Assembly (NCBI GenBank): GCA_006546595.1
Contig: VIAD01000012.1
Location: 14,122-46,121 of the forward strand
Origin: Moraxellaceae bacterium AER2_44_116
GTDB lineage: Bacteria > Pseudomonadota > Gammaproteobacteria > Pseudomonadales > Moraxellaceae
DNA length: 32,000 nt
Reading direction: 5' to 3'
The notes under the pieces were generated by a model. The model searched no databases, was not told where the DNA came from, and saw only the letters and a list, made by a program, of their open reading frames with translations. The position numbers and the translations under genes are program-made. Shown here in pieces: positions 1 to 9,120 of the stretch. Within the stretch, counting starts at the first letter, position 1, and every line of letters begins with the position of its first letter.

Positions 1-1
1 G

Positions 2-811
2 TATGGCGGTCGTGATAGTCCAGAGTACCAGATCAAAGTTCTAGGTCAATTCCCCGACCGTACCGACATTTACCTCAACAGTGAAGCGCAAGTTCAATGG
101 CGCATGGGTAAAAAAGTCATTACCGAAGGCATGAATTATGGCTATCTCATTTGTGTGGACGTGGGTGCAGGTGAGTACCGAGATTATTCAGCCGTGATTG
201 TGGTTCGAGTCAGTGGCTATGGCGATTATGGTGAAGAAGCACGGCGAATGGAGTTGGTCGATGTGCCATTGTTCAGCAATAGCCGTGACTTGCAGTTCTT
301 ATCGGGTAAAGTTTTTGATACTTATGTTCAGTATGAAAATGCAACACTCTTAATTGATAAAGGCGGTATGGGGGTTTCAACTTGTCAAGATTTAGAGCGA
401 CTTGGATCGCCTGTCACCCGCGTGAACTGGGGTAATCCTTGCCATAATAACGAATTAAGACAGCGATTCTTTAACCAACGAGCACAAGCCTTGGTCATGT
501 TGTCCCGTGCCATTAAAGAGGAGCGCGTAGGCTTTTTGGATGAACGGTACAGCACCCAATTATTAAAGCAAGGCTCACGGATACCTTACACTTTTGACGA
601 AAAAGCGCGTTATAAAATCAAGGACAAGGCCGCGATGCTGAAAGATGGTATTCAATCGCCCGACTTATGGGACGCATTAAGCTTTGCCTTTTTAGAAAGT
701 GCGTATTACACCTTGTCAGAGGAAGGACGCAACAAGGTACAAAGTCATCAAAAGACTGATAAAGCCAACATTCGAGCGAAGTTAAAGGCCGCATTAGCAG
801 CAAGCCCCTAG
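2..811 (+). CDS. terL: Terminase large subunit, C-terminal part (5' end lies upstream of the window)
   Basis: Frame 2 is open from nt 2 (YGGRDSPEYQIKVLGQFPDRT...), so the listed ORF 104..811 is the tail of a longer CDS. A VLGQFP-type linker is followed by RNaseH-like nuclease motifs (YLICVDVGAG..DYSAV, LLIDKGGMG, DLWDALSFAF) typical of phage large terminases. Confidence 0.8.
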   Translation, partial: YGGRDSPEYQIKVLGQFPDRTDIYLNSEAQVQWRMGKKVITEGMNYGYLICVDVGAGEYRDYSAVIVVRVSGYGDYGEEARRMELVDVPLFSNSRDLQFLSGKVFDTYVQYENATLLIDKGGMGVSTCQDLERLGSPVTRVNWGNPCHNNELRQRFFNQRAQALVMLSRAIKEERVGFLDERYSTQLLKQGSRIPYTFDEKARYKIKDKAAMLKDGIQSPDLWDALSFAFLESAYYTLSEEGRNKVQSHQKTDKANIRAKLKAALAASP

Positions 812-814
812 CGT

Positions 815-829
815 GTAACCCTGCCAAAA
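815..829 (+). repeat. Module-boundary motif copy 1 (GTAACCCTGCCAAAA)
   Basis: Exact 15-mer lying 4 nt after the terminase stop codon. The same 15-mer occurs at 6214 and a 14/15 copy at 8136. Confidence 0.8.
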
Positions 830-880
830 TCAGCACATCACACAAGACATAATGCCATCAGGTTTATTTAGGATTGCGTT

Positions 881-2089
881 ATGTCTGTCATCATTTCCCC
901 TGTTATTACCAATGCAGGTTTAAGTGTCTTTACGCCGTCAGCCACGGGTATTGAGTTTACGTTTACCCATGTGGCGGTAGGTACAGGGACAAGTGCGGCT
1001 AGTTCGGCTGATACCGCCTTAGAACATGAAATTGCCCGATTCCCGATAGCAGGGGGTGGCATGGTCACGGGTGGCAGATCAGCATCTATTAATGTGCTAG
1101 TCACAAACCATCAAAATGCAAATCCACAAAACTATGATATTACCGAGGTTGGTTTTTATGGGCTTGATGGTGCAAACAACACTATTTTGTTTGCTATTTA
1201 TCGCCAAAATGCAGCAATTATCAGCAAAGTATCAGGTGGTGATATATCCGCGCCGTTTGTCATGGGTTTAGCGGCCTTGCCCGTCAATAACATGACAGTC
1301 CAGATTGATGCCAATACCAATGCGATGTTGGCATTGTTGGGGCAACATACCGCGTCTAATCATCCTCATACCCAATATAAACGCACTTTAGATAATAGTG
1401 AACGGTTGAAAATAGCCGCAGGTGTTGAGGTTGATGACGCGGTGAGTAAGGGACAATTGGAAGCTGAAGCAACCACACGGGCAGGTGTGGACTCAGCATT
1501 AGCAGGGCAGATAGCACAAGAGGTCTTAGACAGACAAGCAGGCGATTCATCACTTTCTCAAGCAATCAATTCTGAGGCGACTACACGGGCGGGTGTGGAC
1601 TCAGCATTAGCAGGGCAGATAGCACAAGAGGCTTTAGACAGACAGGCAGGCGACAACAACCTACAAACCCAAATCAATAATTTAACCCTTCAAATCATGA
1701 GTAAAACATGGCCAATTGGCTCAGTGTATGAAAATGAAGTGGATATGCGTAATCCAGCACACGCCGACTTGCTTGGCTTTGGCACGTGGATACCCACTCA
1801 ATATGGCCGTTTCAGTGTTGGTTATGCAGACACAGACCCTCAGTTTGGGGGTTTAGGTTGGGCGGGTGGTAACAGAAACCACAAAATGACGTTAGCCAAC
1901 TTAATTGAGCACGACCACGATTATACGGATAGAACGGAGCTTGATTATGCCGCAAGCAATAGCGTTGGACTGGGTACAGACCATAAAGATAGAGTGCTGA
2001 AAACGGGTAAAGCAGGGAGTGCCGACCCTGATCCTATTCCAACATTACCCCCTTATGTTGTTTCCGCCAAATGGCGAAGGACGGCATAA
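881..2089 (+). CDS. Tail fibre protein with a tail-collar-like C-terminal domain
   Basis: 402-aa ORF with AGGA 7 nt upstream of the ATG. It has two tandem 36-aa repeats (ATTRAGVDSALAGQIAQE.LDRQAGD). The C-terminus (WPIGSVY, GTWIP, HKMTLANLIEHDHDY, LPPYVV) resembles phage tail-collar/fibre domains. Confidence 0.7.
   Translation: MSVIISPVITNAGLSVFTPSATGIEFTFTHVAVGTGTSAASSADTALEHEIARFPIAGGGMVTGGRSASINVLVTNHQNANPQNYDITEVGFYGLDGANNTILFAIYRQNAAIISKVSGGDISAPFVMGLAALPVNNMTVQIDANTNAMLALLGQHTASNHPHTQYKRTLDNSERLKIAAGVEVDDAVSKGQLEAEATTRAGVDSALAGQIAQEVLDRQAGDSSLSQAINSEATTRAGVDSALAGQIAQEALDRQAGDNNLQTQINNLTLQIMSKTWPIGSVYENEVDMRNPAHADLLGFGTWIPTQYGRFSVGYADTDPQFGGLGWAGGNRNHKMTLANLIEHDHDYTDRTELDYAASNSVGLGTDHKDRVLKTGKAGSADPDPIPTLPPYVVSAKWRRTA
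1466..1681 (+). repeat. Tandem 108-nt (36-codon) duplication inside the tail fibre gene
   Basis: Unit 1 is 1466-1573 and unit 2 is 1574-1681. The ~70-nt core (acacgggc.ggtgtggactcagcattagcagggcagatagcacaagagg...) differs at only 3 positions between the units. Confidence 0.9.
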
Positions 2090-2364
2090 CCATGCTCACA
2101 GAAGCTCGACTTTATTCATTGATCCGCAATCTAGCCCAAACGACACCCGCATGGGCAACCGCGATTCGTTATCACACGAAGCCAGACGAGCGTTTTGACT
2201 TAACACTGGTCGCAAGACGGGCGTATGGCTTGCCGAGTGAGTGGCGCGTCATCATGGCGGCGGCTGGCTTACAAAGCGTGGATGAACCTTTGAACGAACA
2301 GTTGTTGGTATTACCCACACTGGAACAGTTGCAACGGCTTAAACGCAATACAGGAGCAATCTAA
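2071..2364 (+). CDS. Hypothetical phage protein (alternative start at ATG 2092)
   Basis: 97-aa ORF that overlaps the tail fibre stop when started at 2071. ATG 2092 removes the overlap. Its stop overlaps the next start (TAATG at 2362-2366), which suggests translational coupling. Confidence 0.55.
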   Translation: MAKDGITMLTEARLYSLIRNLAQTTPAWATAIRYHTKPDERFDLTLVARRAYGLPSEWRVIMAAAGLQSVDEPLNEQLLVLPTLEQLQRLKRNTGAI

Positions 2365-3497
2365 TGGCTCTTAAACCCCTGACACAAGCGGAGCAGGATG
2401 CCATTCTCAAGGCTTTTGGTGGTGGTAAGTCTAACTTTAAGCAAGGGGCAAGTCAGCGTAAGGCGTTTGACGAAAATCGCCGTGATAAGGCAGGTGAAGA
2501 TCCGTTAAGCATTATTTTGAGTGTTGATGATGTCAAAGGGCAATACGACACCTCACGCACGCTAATGACTACGATCGGCGGTAAACAGCGTGAGATTACA
2601 GGTTCAGACTTAGAAGCCTTTCGTCGAAACATCGACACAGTACGCAAGGCATTTAAGCAGGGCATTACCGCGAATCAAGTGCTCGATCTCAGTCTAAAAA
2701 TGGATTTAGATAACGCCAAAGCGCAAATCCACACGGCTATTCCTGTCAGGTACAAAGGCGATGTTTTGCACTTTATGACCAACGCGAGTAAAGAGTCCGA
2801 AGTCAGACAGCACTATGTCACGGTACGGTTTTTAGACCTTGGTGCAATCGCTACAACACCGATCCCGTTATTGACCGCGACTAAAACCGTAGCACAAGGT
2901 TATTTAGCCTTTGATTGTGATTGCGGCCGACACACCTTCTGGTATCGCTTTATTTCGACTATTGGCGGATTTAACGCAGGGCGGGCGGAAACAGGCTTTC
3001 CCAAGATTCGTAACCCGCACTTGTCAGGTGTGGCGTGTAAGCACGTTTTACGGGTGATGTTTTCGCTCAATCAGGCATTGGCCATTAGCAAAATTAAAGA
3101 GATGGTCAAGATTGTGCGGGCAAGTGCCAAACCATTAGAAGAGTTACCCGAAAACCAACTTTCAGCCAAAGAAGTCAAAGATGCCGCTAAACGCCAAGTA
3201 GAGAAGGCACACCATGACCGCAATCAGGTCAGGCGTAGTGTGGATGATCCTGTTAAGCAGCGTAAGGCCAAAAAAGAGGCTGAGAGGTTTGCTAAGGCCG
3301 CACAAACGGACGCACAAAAACAACGTGCCGAACGTAAGCGCATTATCGCTAATGGCTCGCCAATGGAGAAATTGAACCTACGGCGTGACCTAGAAAACAG
3401 AGTGAAAACCTTGCAGCGTGAATATGGCCAGACAAGCAATGAAAACTTGCTCGATGCAATGGAAAACTTACAAAACGATATTAACGGGTTGATTTAA
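2364..3497 (+). CDS. SWIM-like zinc-finger domain protein with a Lys/Arg-rich C-terminal tail
   Basis: 377-aa ORF. It carries a CxC-x37-CxH signature (FDCDCGRH...GVACKHVLRV). The C-terminus is strongly basic and coiled-coil-like (KQRKAKKEAERFAKAAQTDAQKQRAERKR). Confidence 0.55.
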   Translation: MALKPLTQAEQDAILKAFGGGKSNFKQGASQRKAFDENRRDKAGEDPLSIILSVDDVKGQYDTSRTLMTTIGGKQREITGSDLEAFRRNIDTVRKAFKQGITANQVLDLSLKMDLDNAKAQIHTAIPVRYKGDVLHFMTNASKESEVRQHYVTVRFLDLGAIATTPIPLLTATKTVAQGYLAFDCDCGRHTFWYRFISTIGGFNAGRAETGFPKIRNPHLSGVACKHVLRVMFSLNQALAISKIKEMVKIVRASAKPLEELPENQLSAKEVKDAAKRQVEKAHHDRNQVRRSVDDPVKQRKAKKEAERFAKAAQTDAQKQRAERKRIIANGSPMEKLNLRRDLENRVKTLQREYGQTSNENLLDAMENLQNDINGLI

Positions 3498-3499
3498 TC

Positions 3500-6217
3500 A
3501 TGTCAGACATTCGTATTGATGATGACGGTTTTTTAGTGGGTGATGGTGAGCAACAACGCACCGAAGCCGAAAACGTGCTCATGAAAGAGATTAAGACAGA
3601 CACCACAACCATTGTCAGTCTGCTAAAAGGTACGGCTAAGCTACAACGGGACGCATTAAAGGCGGCTCAAAGCGCAGTTAGTCCTAAGCCTAATGCCAAT
3701 GCTAACAGTGGGCAATCGTCACGGGTCAACTTAGTTCACCCAAACCGCGCAACACCCGCATCCCCCAGTAACGGGCAAGCCGCACCCATACCACCGACGG
3801 TCAGACCCAATCGACAAGGGGCAGGGGCTAATCCGCCGCCGATACCACAAGGAAGCAGTTCAAACGCAGGGAGTCCAGATACCGCACGGGCAAACCGCCA
3901 ACGTGGGGCAAATGGCCGTTTCATTGGCGATGGCACACAAGCCAATGACGAAAGCACGCAAGGAAACGGCAGCCGTGACAGCAGTGGCCGCTTTACGGGT
4001 GGCAATGGCGCAAATGCAGCCGACCGCAGCGCATCCTCTCGCATTACGGATGGCTTAAAAGACCTAAACAATACGCTTACAGTCAACGCCAACACCGACC
4101 GCATTGACCCAATGGTTGATGCCATCAAAGAAGCGGGTAGCATTATCAGTACGGGGGTAGAAGCCAGTAAAAAAGTATTAAGTGTCGGTAATACACTGAT
4201 TGCTAAACCTGCGATGGCGTTAGGCCGTGGCATTAAAGGATTGTTTAAGCCCAAGACGGACGTCATCAATTCACCTACGTCATGGTACAAGCGGATATGG
4301 CGCACATTGGTACAAGGCAACCGTCAAGACCATGCCGATCATAACCAAGAGCAACGGCGTTTAGATGAGATTGCCCGTGGTCAAGGTCAACGCAGCGGTG
4401 CGGATGGTGGCTTGCTTGGTTTGTTGGGTGTGGGTTTATTAGCAGGACTAGCGGCATTAAAACATCTTGATTTACCGAGCTTGCCTGAATTTTTAAAGAA
4501 AAAAGACAATAACGCGCCTGTTCCCGTTTTTCGTGCGCCCACCATGCCCGTCACGTCTTTACCTCCGACTCGCGCACAGTCCTTGGTCATGCGTATTGCC
4601 GATACAAAGGTTGGTAAGGCATTAGGCACATTTGTTAAACGATTGCCGATCATATCTTCAGTGTTGGCCGCAGGTTCAGGCGGCATTAACGCGGTCAATA
4701 TCAGTAAAGATAACAGTCTGAGTGAAGCAGAAAAAGAACGTGCTCAAGCAGCCAATGTGGGTAAGACAGTCGGGGCTATTGGCGGAGGTTTAGGGGGTAC
4801 GGCTGTTGGTGCAGCGATTGGTACGGCCATTTTCCCCGTTGTCGGGACAGTATTAGGCGGTTTAATTGGCTCATGGCTTGGCACAACAGGCGGTCAAATT
4901 GTTGGTGAAAAGGTTGGTGGTTGGGTCGATGATCTAGCTAATGCGGATATTGCAGGACGAATCAGTAACGCATGGAATGGGTTTCTTACGCCATTAACGC
5001 CGATCTTTACCGAGATTAAAGCCTATGCCCTTGGTCGTTTTGATGTCATAGGTAAGGTGTGGGACGGTTTTGTTGCTGAGACTAAGATGCAGTTCGGCGG
5101 CATCATGGCAGGCTTACAAGCGGTTGCCGATTTCTTTGGCCAAGTGGGTGACTTCTGGGGTGGTGTTGCCGATGCTGCGAATACATGGATTAAAGAAAAA
5201 ACAGGGATTGATGTTAAAGACAACCTGAAACGCTCAAAAAATGCGGTTAACGATTATGCAGGCCAAAAGCTAGACCAAGCAGGGCAGTTTTTAGGGGATG
5301 TGGGGAGTGCTGTCAAAGGTACGCCCATCGTGCAGGCGGCGACTGGCTTGTGGAATGGTTTGACGGGTGAAACGGCTAAGGAAAAAACATCAAAATCAAC
5401 ACAGGCCAATTACAATAAAAATAGTGCAGCTATCAACGATGCAGCAAAAAGAAACGGTTTAACGCCACAATTTATGGCGGGCGTTGCCTACACTGAAAGC
5501 TCTTTTAATGGTGGTGGTACAAAGGCGAATAGTTCAACTGCAACAGGGCTTTATCAATTTGTTGACGATACGTGGGCTGACCAAGTGGCACGAAGTAATG
5601 CCCCTGAAGCACAGCCATACAAAGCACAAGCACAAGCGTACCTTGCTGACAAAAATAAGGGAGTCCCACGGTCAAAAAGAAAAGAAACCTACAAAGCTTT
5701 ATTGTCAGCACGAAGCAATGACCAGCTAAATGCCGTTATTGGCGGGCAGTATCTTAGACAAGGATTAGATGCCCTTAAAAAATCGGGCGTTTCTAATCCT
5801 TCTATGGCTGAGGTTTATGCTTATCACCACGACGGCAATGCCCAACGAGTGATTGATGCACGTCATGGTGACAAGTCGGCTTTAGCACAATTAGAGCAAT
5901 GGGGTACTAAGTTAAACACGGGAGCGGCTTATGCTAAAAATATTCAAGCACCAACTGTATCACCCAAAGCAATTGCCACACCTACGGCGAACATGGCCAC
6001 AAACAGCGTACCAAGCATGAAGGCCGCACCCGTTAATGCCGTTCCTGTGCCGAATGTGCAGTCGATTCAATCCGTGCAGGCTAAAGAGCAACCGACACGG
6101 CTCAATAGCACGCCAACACCGATTAAAGTGTCATTTGCCAAGCCCTTAGTGGGGCAAAACGTGAGCGATCGAGGGATAGCACATATCTTGACGGGCGGCA
6201 TAGGTGAAACGGCGTAA
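3500..6217 (+). CDS. Internal virion/ejection protein with a lytic transglycosylase (SLT-like) domain
   Basis: 905-aa ORF. The N-terminus is low-complexity and rich in P/G/N/S. A Gly-zipper hydrophobic segment follows (GAIGGGLGGTAVGAAIGTAIFPVVGTVLGGLIGSWLG). An SLT-like motif is present (AYTESSFNGGG...ATGLYQFVDDTW). The TAA stop lies inside motif copy 2. Confidence 0.7.
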   Translation: MSDIRIDDDGFLVGDGEQQRTEAENVLMKEIKTDTTTIVSLLKGTAKLQRDALKAAQSAVSPKPNANANSGQSSRVNLVHPNRATPASPSNGQAAPIPPTVRPNRQGAGANPPPIPQGSSSNAGSPDTARANRQRGANGRFIGDGTQANDESTQGNGSRDSSGRFTGGNGANAADRSASSRITDGLKDLNNTLTVNANTDRIDPMVDAIKEAGSIISTGVEASKKVLSVGNTLIAKPAMALGRGIKGLFKPKTDVINSPTSWYKRIWRTLVQGNRQDHADHNQEQRRLDEIARGQGQRSGADGGLLGLLGVGLLAGLAALKHLDLPSLPEFLKKKDNNAPVPVFRAPTMPVTSLPPTRAQSLVMRIADTKVGKALGTFVKRLPIISSVLAAGSGGINAVNISKDNSLSEAEKERAQAANVGKTVGAIGGGLGGTAVGAAIGTAIFPVVGTVLGGLIGSWLGTTGGQIVGEKVGGWVDDLANADIAGRISNAWNGFLTPLTPIFTEIKAYALGRFDVIGKVWDGFVAETKMQFGGIMAGLQAVADFFGQVGDFWGGVADAANTWIKEKTGIDVKDNLKRSKNAVNDYAGQKLDQAGQFLGDVGSAVKGTPIVQAATGLWNGLTGETAKEKTSKSTQANYNKNSAAINDAAKRNGLTPQFMAGVAYTESSFNGGGTKANSSTATGLYQFVDDTWADQVARSNAPEAQPYKAQAQAYLADKNKGVPRSKRKETYKALLSARSNDQLNAVIGGQYLRQGLDALKKSGVSNPSMAEVYAYHHDGNAQRVIDARHGDKSALAQLEQWGTKLNTGAAYAKNIQAPTVSPKAIATPTANMATNSVPSMKAAPVNAVPVPNVQSIQSVQAKEQPTRLNSTPTPIKVSFAKPLVGQNVSDRGIAHILTGGIGETA

Positions 6218-6228
6218 CCCTGCCAAAA
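6214..6228 (+). repeat. Module-boundary motif copy 2 (GTAACCCTGCCAAAA)
   Basis: Identical 15-mer to 815-829. Its TAA (6215-6217) is the stop codon of the 905-aa CDS. Confidence 0.8.
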
Positions 6229-6288
6229 GCGATAGTTAGCAAGCTTTACACTGAGTACATAATTTTATTCGGTGTAAGGCTTAAACAC

Positions 6289-7131
6289 ATGAAGCTCAAT
6301 GATCCTAATTTTCCAACATCCACTATAAATCCTACGCTAACCGATAAGGCATTAGGTGTGATTGGTGGTTTGGTCAAATTAATGACCTTTCAACAGATTA
6401 AGAATTTGATCGGTATTACCGTTGAAAACGTGCTCAATTCAACCAATACCGTTAATGCGTTATCTGCCGCACAAGGCAAGATGTTAAATGATGCTTTAGC
6501 TCAGAAATTAGATATTTCGTCTTATAACGAGCATTACAAAGGTACATTTACTAATGATGCCGACTTAAAAACAGAACATTCTACTGCCAATCTAGGCAAC
6601 TTTGCTCTCGTCGATGCAGGGACAGGTGACAACGCCCATGTTTATATTTGGGACGCTCAAGAAGGTTGGGTACAAGGTGGCCAAACTAGCTTACTCAATA
6701 CGGATGCACTTGCGGAGGGTGGTACTAATAAATACTTTACCAACGCCCGTGTCAAAAGTGCGTTCGTGCGAGAGGACGCGACTTTTGCAGCAACCGCTTT
6801 AGCCAGTAATGCCTCATCAACGAATATGGTCAACATCGCCGCTCGCTATCAGCTATTACACATTACAACGAGTCATCCTTGCCGCGTTCGTCTCTATGCC
6901 TCAGTCGCTCAACGCGATGCCGACTTAACCAGACCGATCGGCACATACCCTACAGGCAATCACGGTTTGCTCTTTGAGTTTATTAGCACGTCCGAATTGC
7001 TGAGTGCCGATTTATCACCACTGGTTGACGGGTTTTCTAACTCGGTGGCCATTCCCTACAGCGTCACTAATTTAAGTGGGGTAACACAAACCATCACCGT
7101 GACATTGAATCACGTTAAAACAGGAGCTTGA
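6289..7131 (+). CDS. Putative tail fibre/receptor-binding-like structural protein
   Basis: 280-aa ORF at the start of the next module. The Asn/Thr/Ala-rich fibre-like N-terminus and its position next to other tail genes support the call. Function is inferred from context only. Confidence 0.45.
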   Translation: MKLNDPNFPTSTINPTLTDKALGVIGGLVKLMTFQQIKNLIGITVENVLNSTNTVNALSAAQGKMLNDALAQKLDISSYNEHYKGTFTNDADLKTEHSTANLGNFALVDAGTGDNAHVYIWDAQEGWVQGGQTSLLNTDALAEGGTNKYFTNARVKSAFVREDATFAATALASNASSTNMVNIAARYQLLHITTSHPCRVRLYASVAQRDADLTRPIGTYPTGNHGLLFEFISTSELLSADLSPLVDGFSNSVAIPYSVTNLSGVTQTITVTLNHVKTGA

Positions 7132-7135
7132 TGAT

Positions 7136-7996
7136 ATGGCTACTTCCATTTTTGGGTGCGCAACAAGTAGTGGCAATGATGCAGAATTCAGAGCCGCAGG
7201 TAGTGCCATTTCAGCGGCTTTGAGTGGCATGTTGACCCGTGTGACGACATCCAGTGACATCAATTGGGCAACAGTCGCAAGACCAACGACGGATAATACA
7301 TTTGAAGCAACATTCGATGTTTTTCGTTTTAATGATGCCGCACAAGCGACACATCCGCTATTTCTGAAGTTTGAATATGGTCGCTACACCAGCACATCAC
7401 CTATTCATATTCGCTTAACGATTGGTAAAACGTGTAGCGGTGCGGGTGTATTGGGAGGGATTGTTTTTCCTGCTACGGTCATTACGTCATATAGTGCGGG
7501 TGCATCTTCTACGATATACAGCTCATATATTAGTAACGGTGATGGCCATTGTTTATGTTTGGCAATAACCCCTGCAAATAATGCCATCCTGTTAATGATT
7601 GAACGAGCCATTGATAGTAATGGTGCAGTGCTAGGTAACGGTCTGTGGGTGGCATTTAAAAGTGAAGGCACAATGACAAACTATTTTTGTGCTTACGATT
7701 CGGGGGCAAATACAAATTACACGGGTGGTATTTTCCCATCCTTGTCACCTCTTAGCTCTGGTCAATCCTTTGCGAACGGTTCGATTACGCCCTATTTTCC
7801 AGCCGCGTGTTTTGCGCCTAATGGTTTGTATTGGATTCCCCGTGCGGCATTGGGTGGTGCATTGGCTGATTGTTCTTTGGGTACTACACGATCAGCACTA
7901 TTAGATGGTAATACGTATTTAGGCGTTGGCAATGCGGGTAGATTCAGCGACCAACGTGGCCAAAGTTATTCTGGGTTATTGATGCGTTGGAGTTAA
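7136..7996 (+). CDS. Hypothetical virion protein (Gly/Ser/Thr/Ala-rich)
   Basis: 286-aa ORF starting 5 nt after the previous stop. No recognisable catalytic motif. Confidence 0.5.
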   Translation: MATSIFGCATSSGNDAEFRAAGSAISAALSGMLTRVTTSSDINWATVARPTTDNTFEATFDVFRFNDAAQATHPLFLKFEYGRYTSTSPIHIRLTIGKTCSGAGVLGGIVFPATVITSYSAGASSTIYSSYISNGDGHCLCLAITPANNAILLMIERAIDSNGAVLGNGLWVAFKSEGTMTNYFCAYDSGANTNYTGGIFPSLSPLSSGQSFANGSITPYFPAACFAPNGLYWIPRAALGGALADCSLGTTRSALLDGNTYLGVGNAGRFSDQRGQSYSGLLMRWS

Positions 7997-8139
7997 TGAT
8001 GATTTATACTGTATTTCATTGGTATCCCTCTCCGTTATACACATACGCCGAAACGGGAGGTGTCATTTATGTGTCATTCAATCGACTCGCCCAAGACCCG
8101 CCGCCGTTGAGTGGGCAGATTTGGCCGCGTGGCAAGTAA
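7996..8139 (+). CDS. Small hypothetical ORF (47 aa), not in the supplied ORF track
   Basis: The ATG overlaps the upstream TAA by 1 nt (TAATG). It reads MMIYTVFHWYPSPLYTYAETGGVIYVSFNRLAQDPPPLSGQIWPRGK. Its TAA stop lies inside motif copy 3, as happens for the 905-aa CDS. Confidence 0.35.
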   Translation: MMIYTVFHWYPSPLYTYAETGGVIYVSFNRLAQDPPPLSGQIWPRGK

Positions 8140-8150
8140 CCCTGCCCAAA
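8136..8150 (+). repeat. Module-boundary motif copy 3 (GTAACCCTGCCCAAA)
   Basis: 14/15 identical to copies 1 and 2. It lies at the end of a run of coupled ORFs. Confidence 0.75.
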
Positions 8151-8177
8151 CAGCAGCAGACCATCCATTAAACTAAT

Positions 8178-8209
8178 GCCTAACTCCTCATTAAGAGATA
8201 GGCGTTTTT
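8178..8209 (+). terminator. Intrinsic-terminator-like hairpin plus T-run
   Basis: GCCTAACTC (8178-8186) pairs with GAGATAGGC (8195-8203) with one A.A mismatch and an 8-nt loop. It is followed by G and TTTTT (8205-8209), just before ATG 8213. Confidence 0.4.
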
Positions 8210-8212
8210 ATC

Positions 8213-9118
8213 ATGCCCAAGACTTCTAAAATCACGTTTAACGTAAACGAGTTACAACGCCAACACACAGGCCAACGGCGGTGCTATGACAATGTGGGTT
8301 TGGCGCGTCTCATCAATTCACCAGAAATTCAAGAGCGTGTCAGCAAAGGCGACCTGATTGGCTATTATGGCCATTGGCCGCGTAAAAAGTTTGGAATGCA
8401 GCCGCAAGAAGGCGGCATGGATGGCAGCAAGCCGATCACCTTAAAACCTGCTATTCGCACCACGTTCTTAGAAGCTGATAACAAAGGCAACCTCACGCAT
8501 CAAACCGAGTTTTTAGATACACAAGAAGGCAAAGATGCCTATGACCTGTTTCAAAACAAAGTCGGCGGCTTTAGTGCGGCAATGACAACGGCACCTAAAG
8601 GTGTAACCGAGATACCCGTTCGATTTTATGGCTTTGATTATGTGCTTGAGCCTAACTTTAGCGGTAATCGTGGCTATACGATGGCGTTTGATAGTGTGCC
8701 GAATGATTCATTGATTTTAGAGCGTTTTGATTCAATCAATGATGAGGGTGATACGGGTGAGTTGATCCACGTTTTTGATAGTGTTGAAGATGAAGTGTTA
8801 TATCAAAATCAAGTCATGGGTGACTTGTATCGTCGATTGCAGGGTGATTATCGCCATGTTTTAGATAGTGCAGGCGCAATGTCAGGTGAGAAAGCACACT
8901 TAGAACAGACCATTCAAGAGATGCTAGATAAGCAAGCGAAGCAGGGTAAACGTAGCAGCCGAAGTCCTATTTTTATTGATGAACGGAAAATAGCTCGTTT
9001 TGATGAGGCGAATTCGTTTATGACGGCGGATTTGGTGAGTCTTGATATGGACGATGATAAAGACATTCGTGCCGAAAAAGCCAAAATTGCTCAGGCTAAA
9101 CGCCGTTATGGGTACTAA
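8213..9118 (+). CDS. Hypothetical head-morphogenesis protein (possible prohead protease/scaffold fusion)
   Basis: 301-aa ORF. GYYGHW and VGGFSAAM could be the His and Ser motifs of an S78/HK97-type prohead protease. The acidic, coiled-coil C-terminal half looks scaffold-like. The assignment is weak. Confidence 0.35.
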   Translation: MPKTSKITFNVNELQRQHTGQRRCYDNVGLARLINSPEIQERVSKGDLIGYYGHWPRKKFGMQPQEGGMDGSKPITLKPAIRTTFLEADNKGNLTHQTEFLDTQEGKDAYDLFQNKVGGFSAAMTTAPKGVTEIPVRFYGFDYVLEPNFSGNRGYTMAFDSVPNDSLILERFDSINDEGDTGELIHVFDSVEDEVLYQNQVMGDLYRRLQGDYRHVLDSAGAMSGEKAHLEQTIQEMLDKQAKQGKRSSRSPIFIDERKIARFDEANSFMTADLVSLDMDDDKDIRAEKAKIAQAKRRYGY

Positions 9119-9120
9119 TC

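Noticed and set aside
830-8212. Sigma70-type promoters in the gaps after motif copies (for example TTAGCA-16 nt-CATAAT near 6235-6262, and shared ACATAAT/TAATGCC strings)
   Set aside because: The hexamer matches are not at a conserved distance from the motif in the three gaps and are individually weak. They are not called as features.
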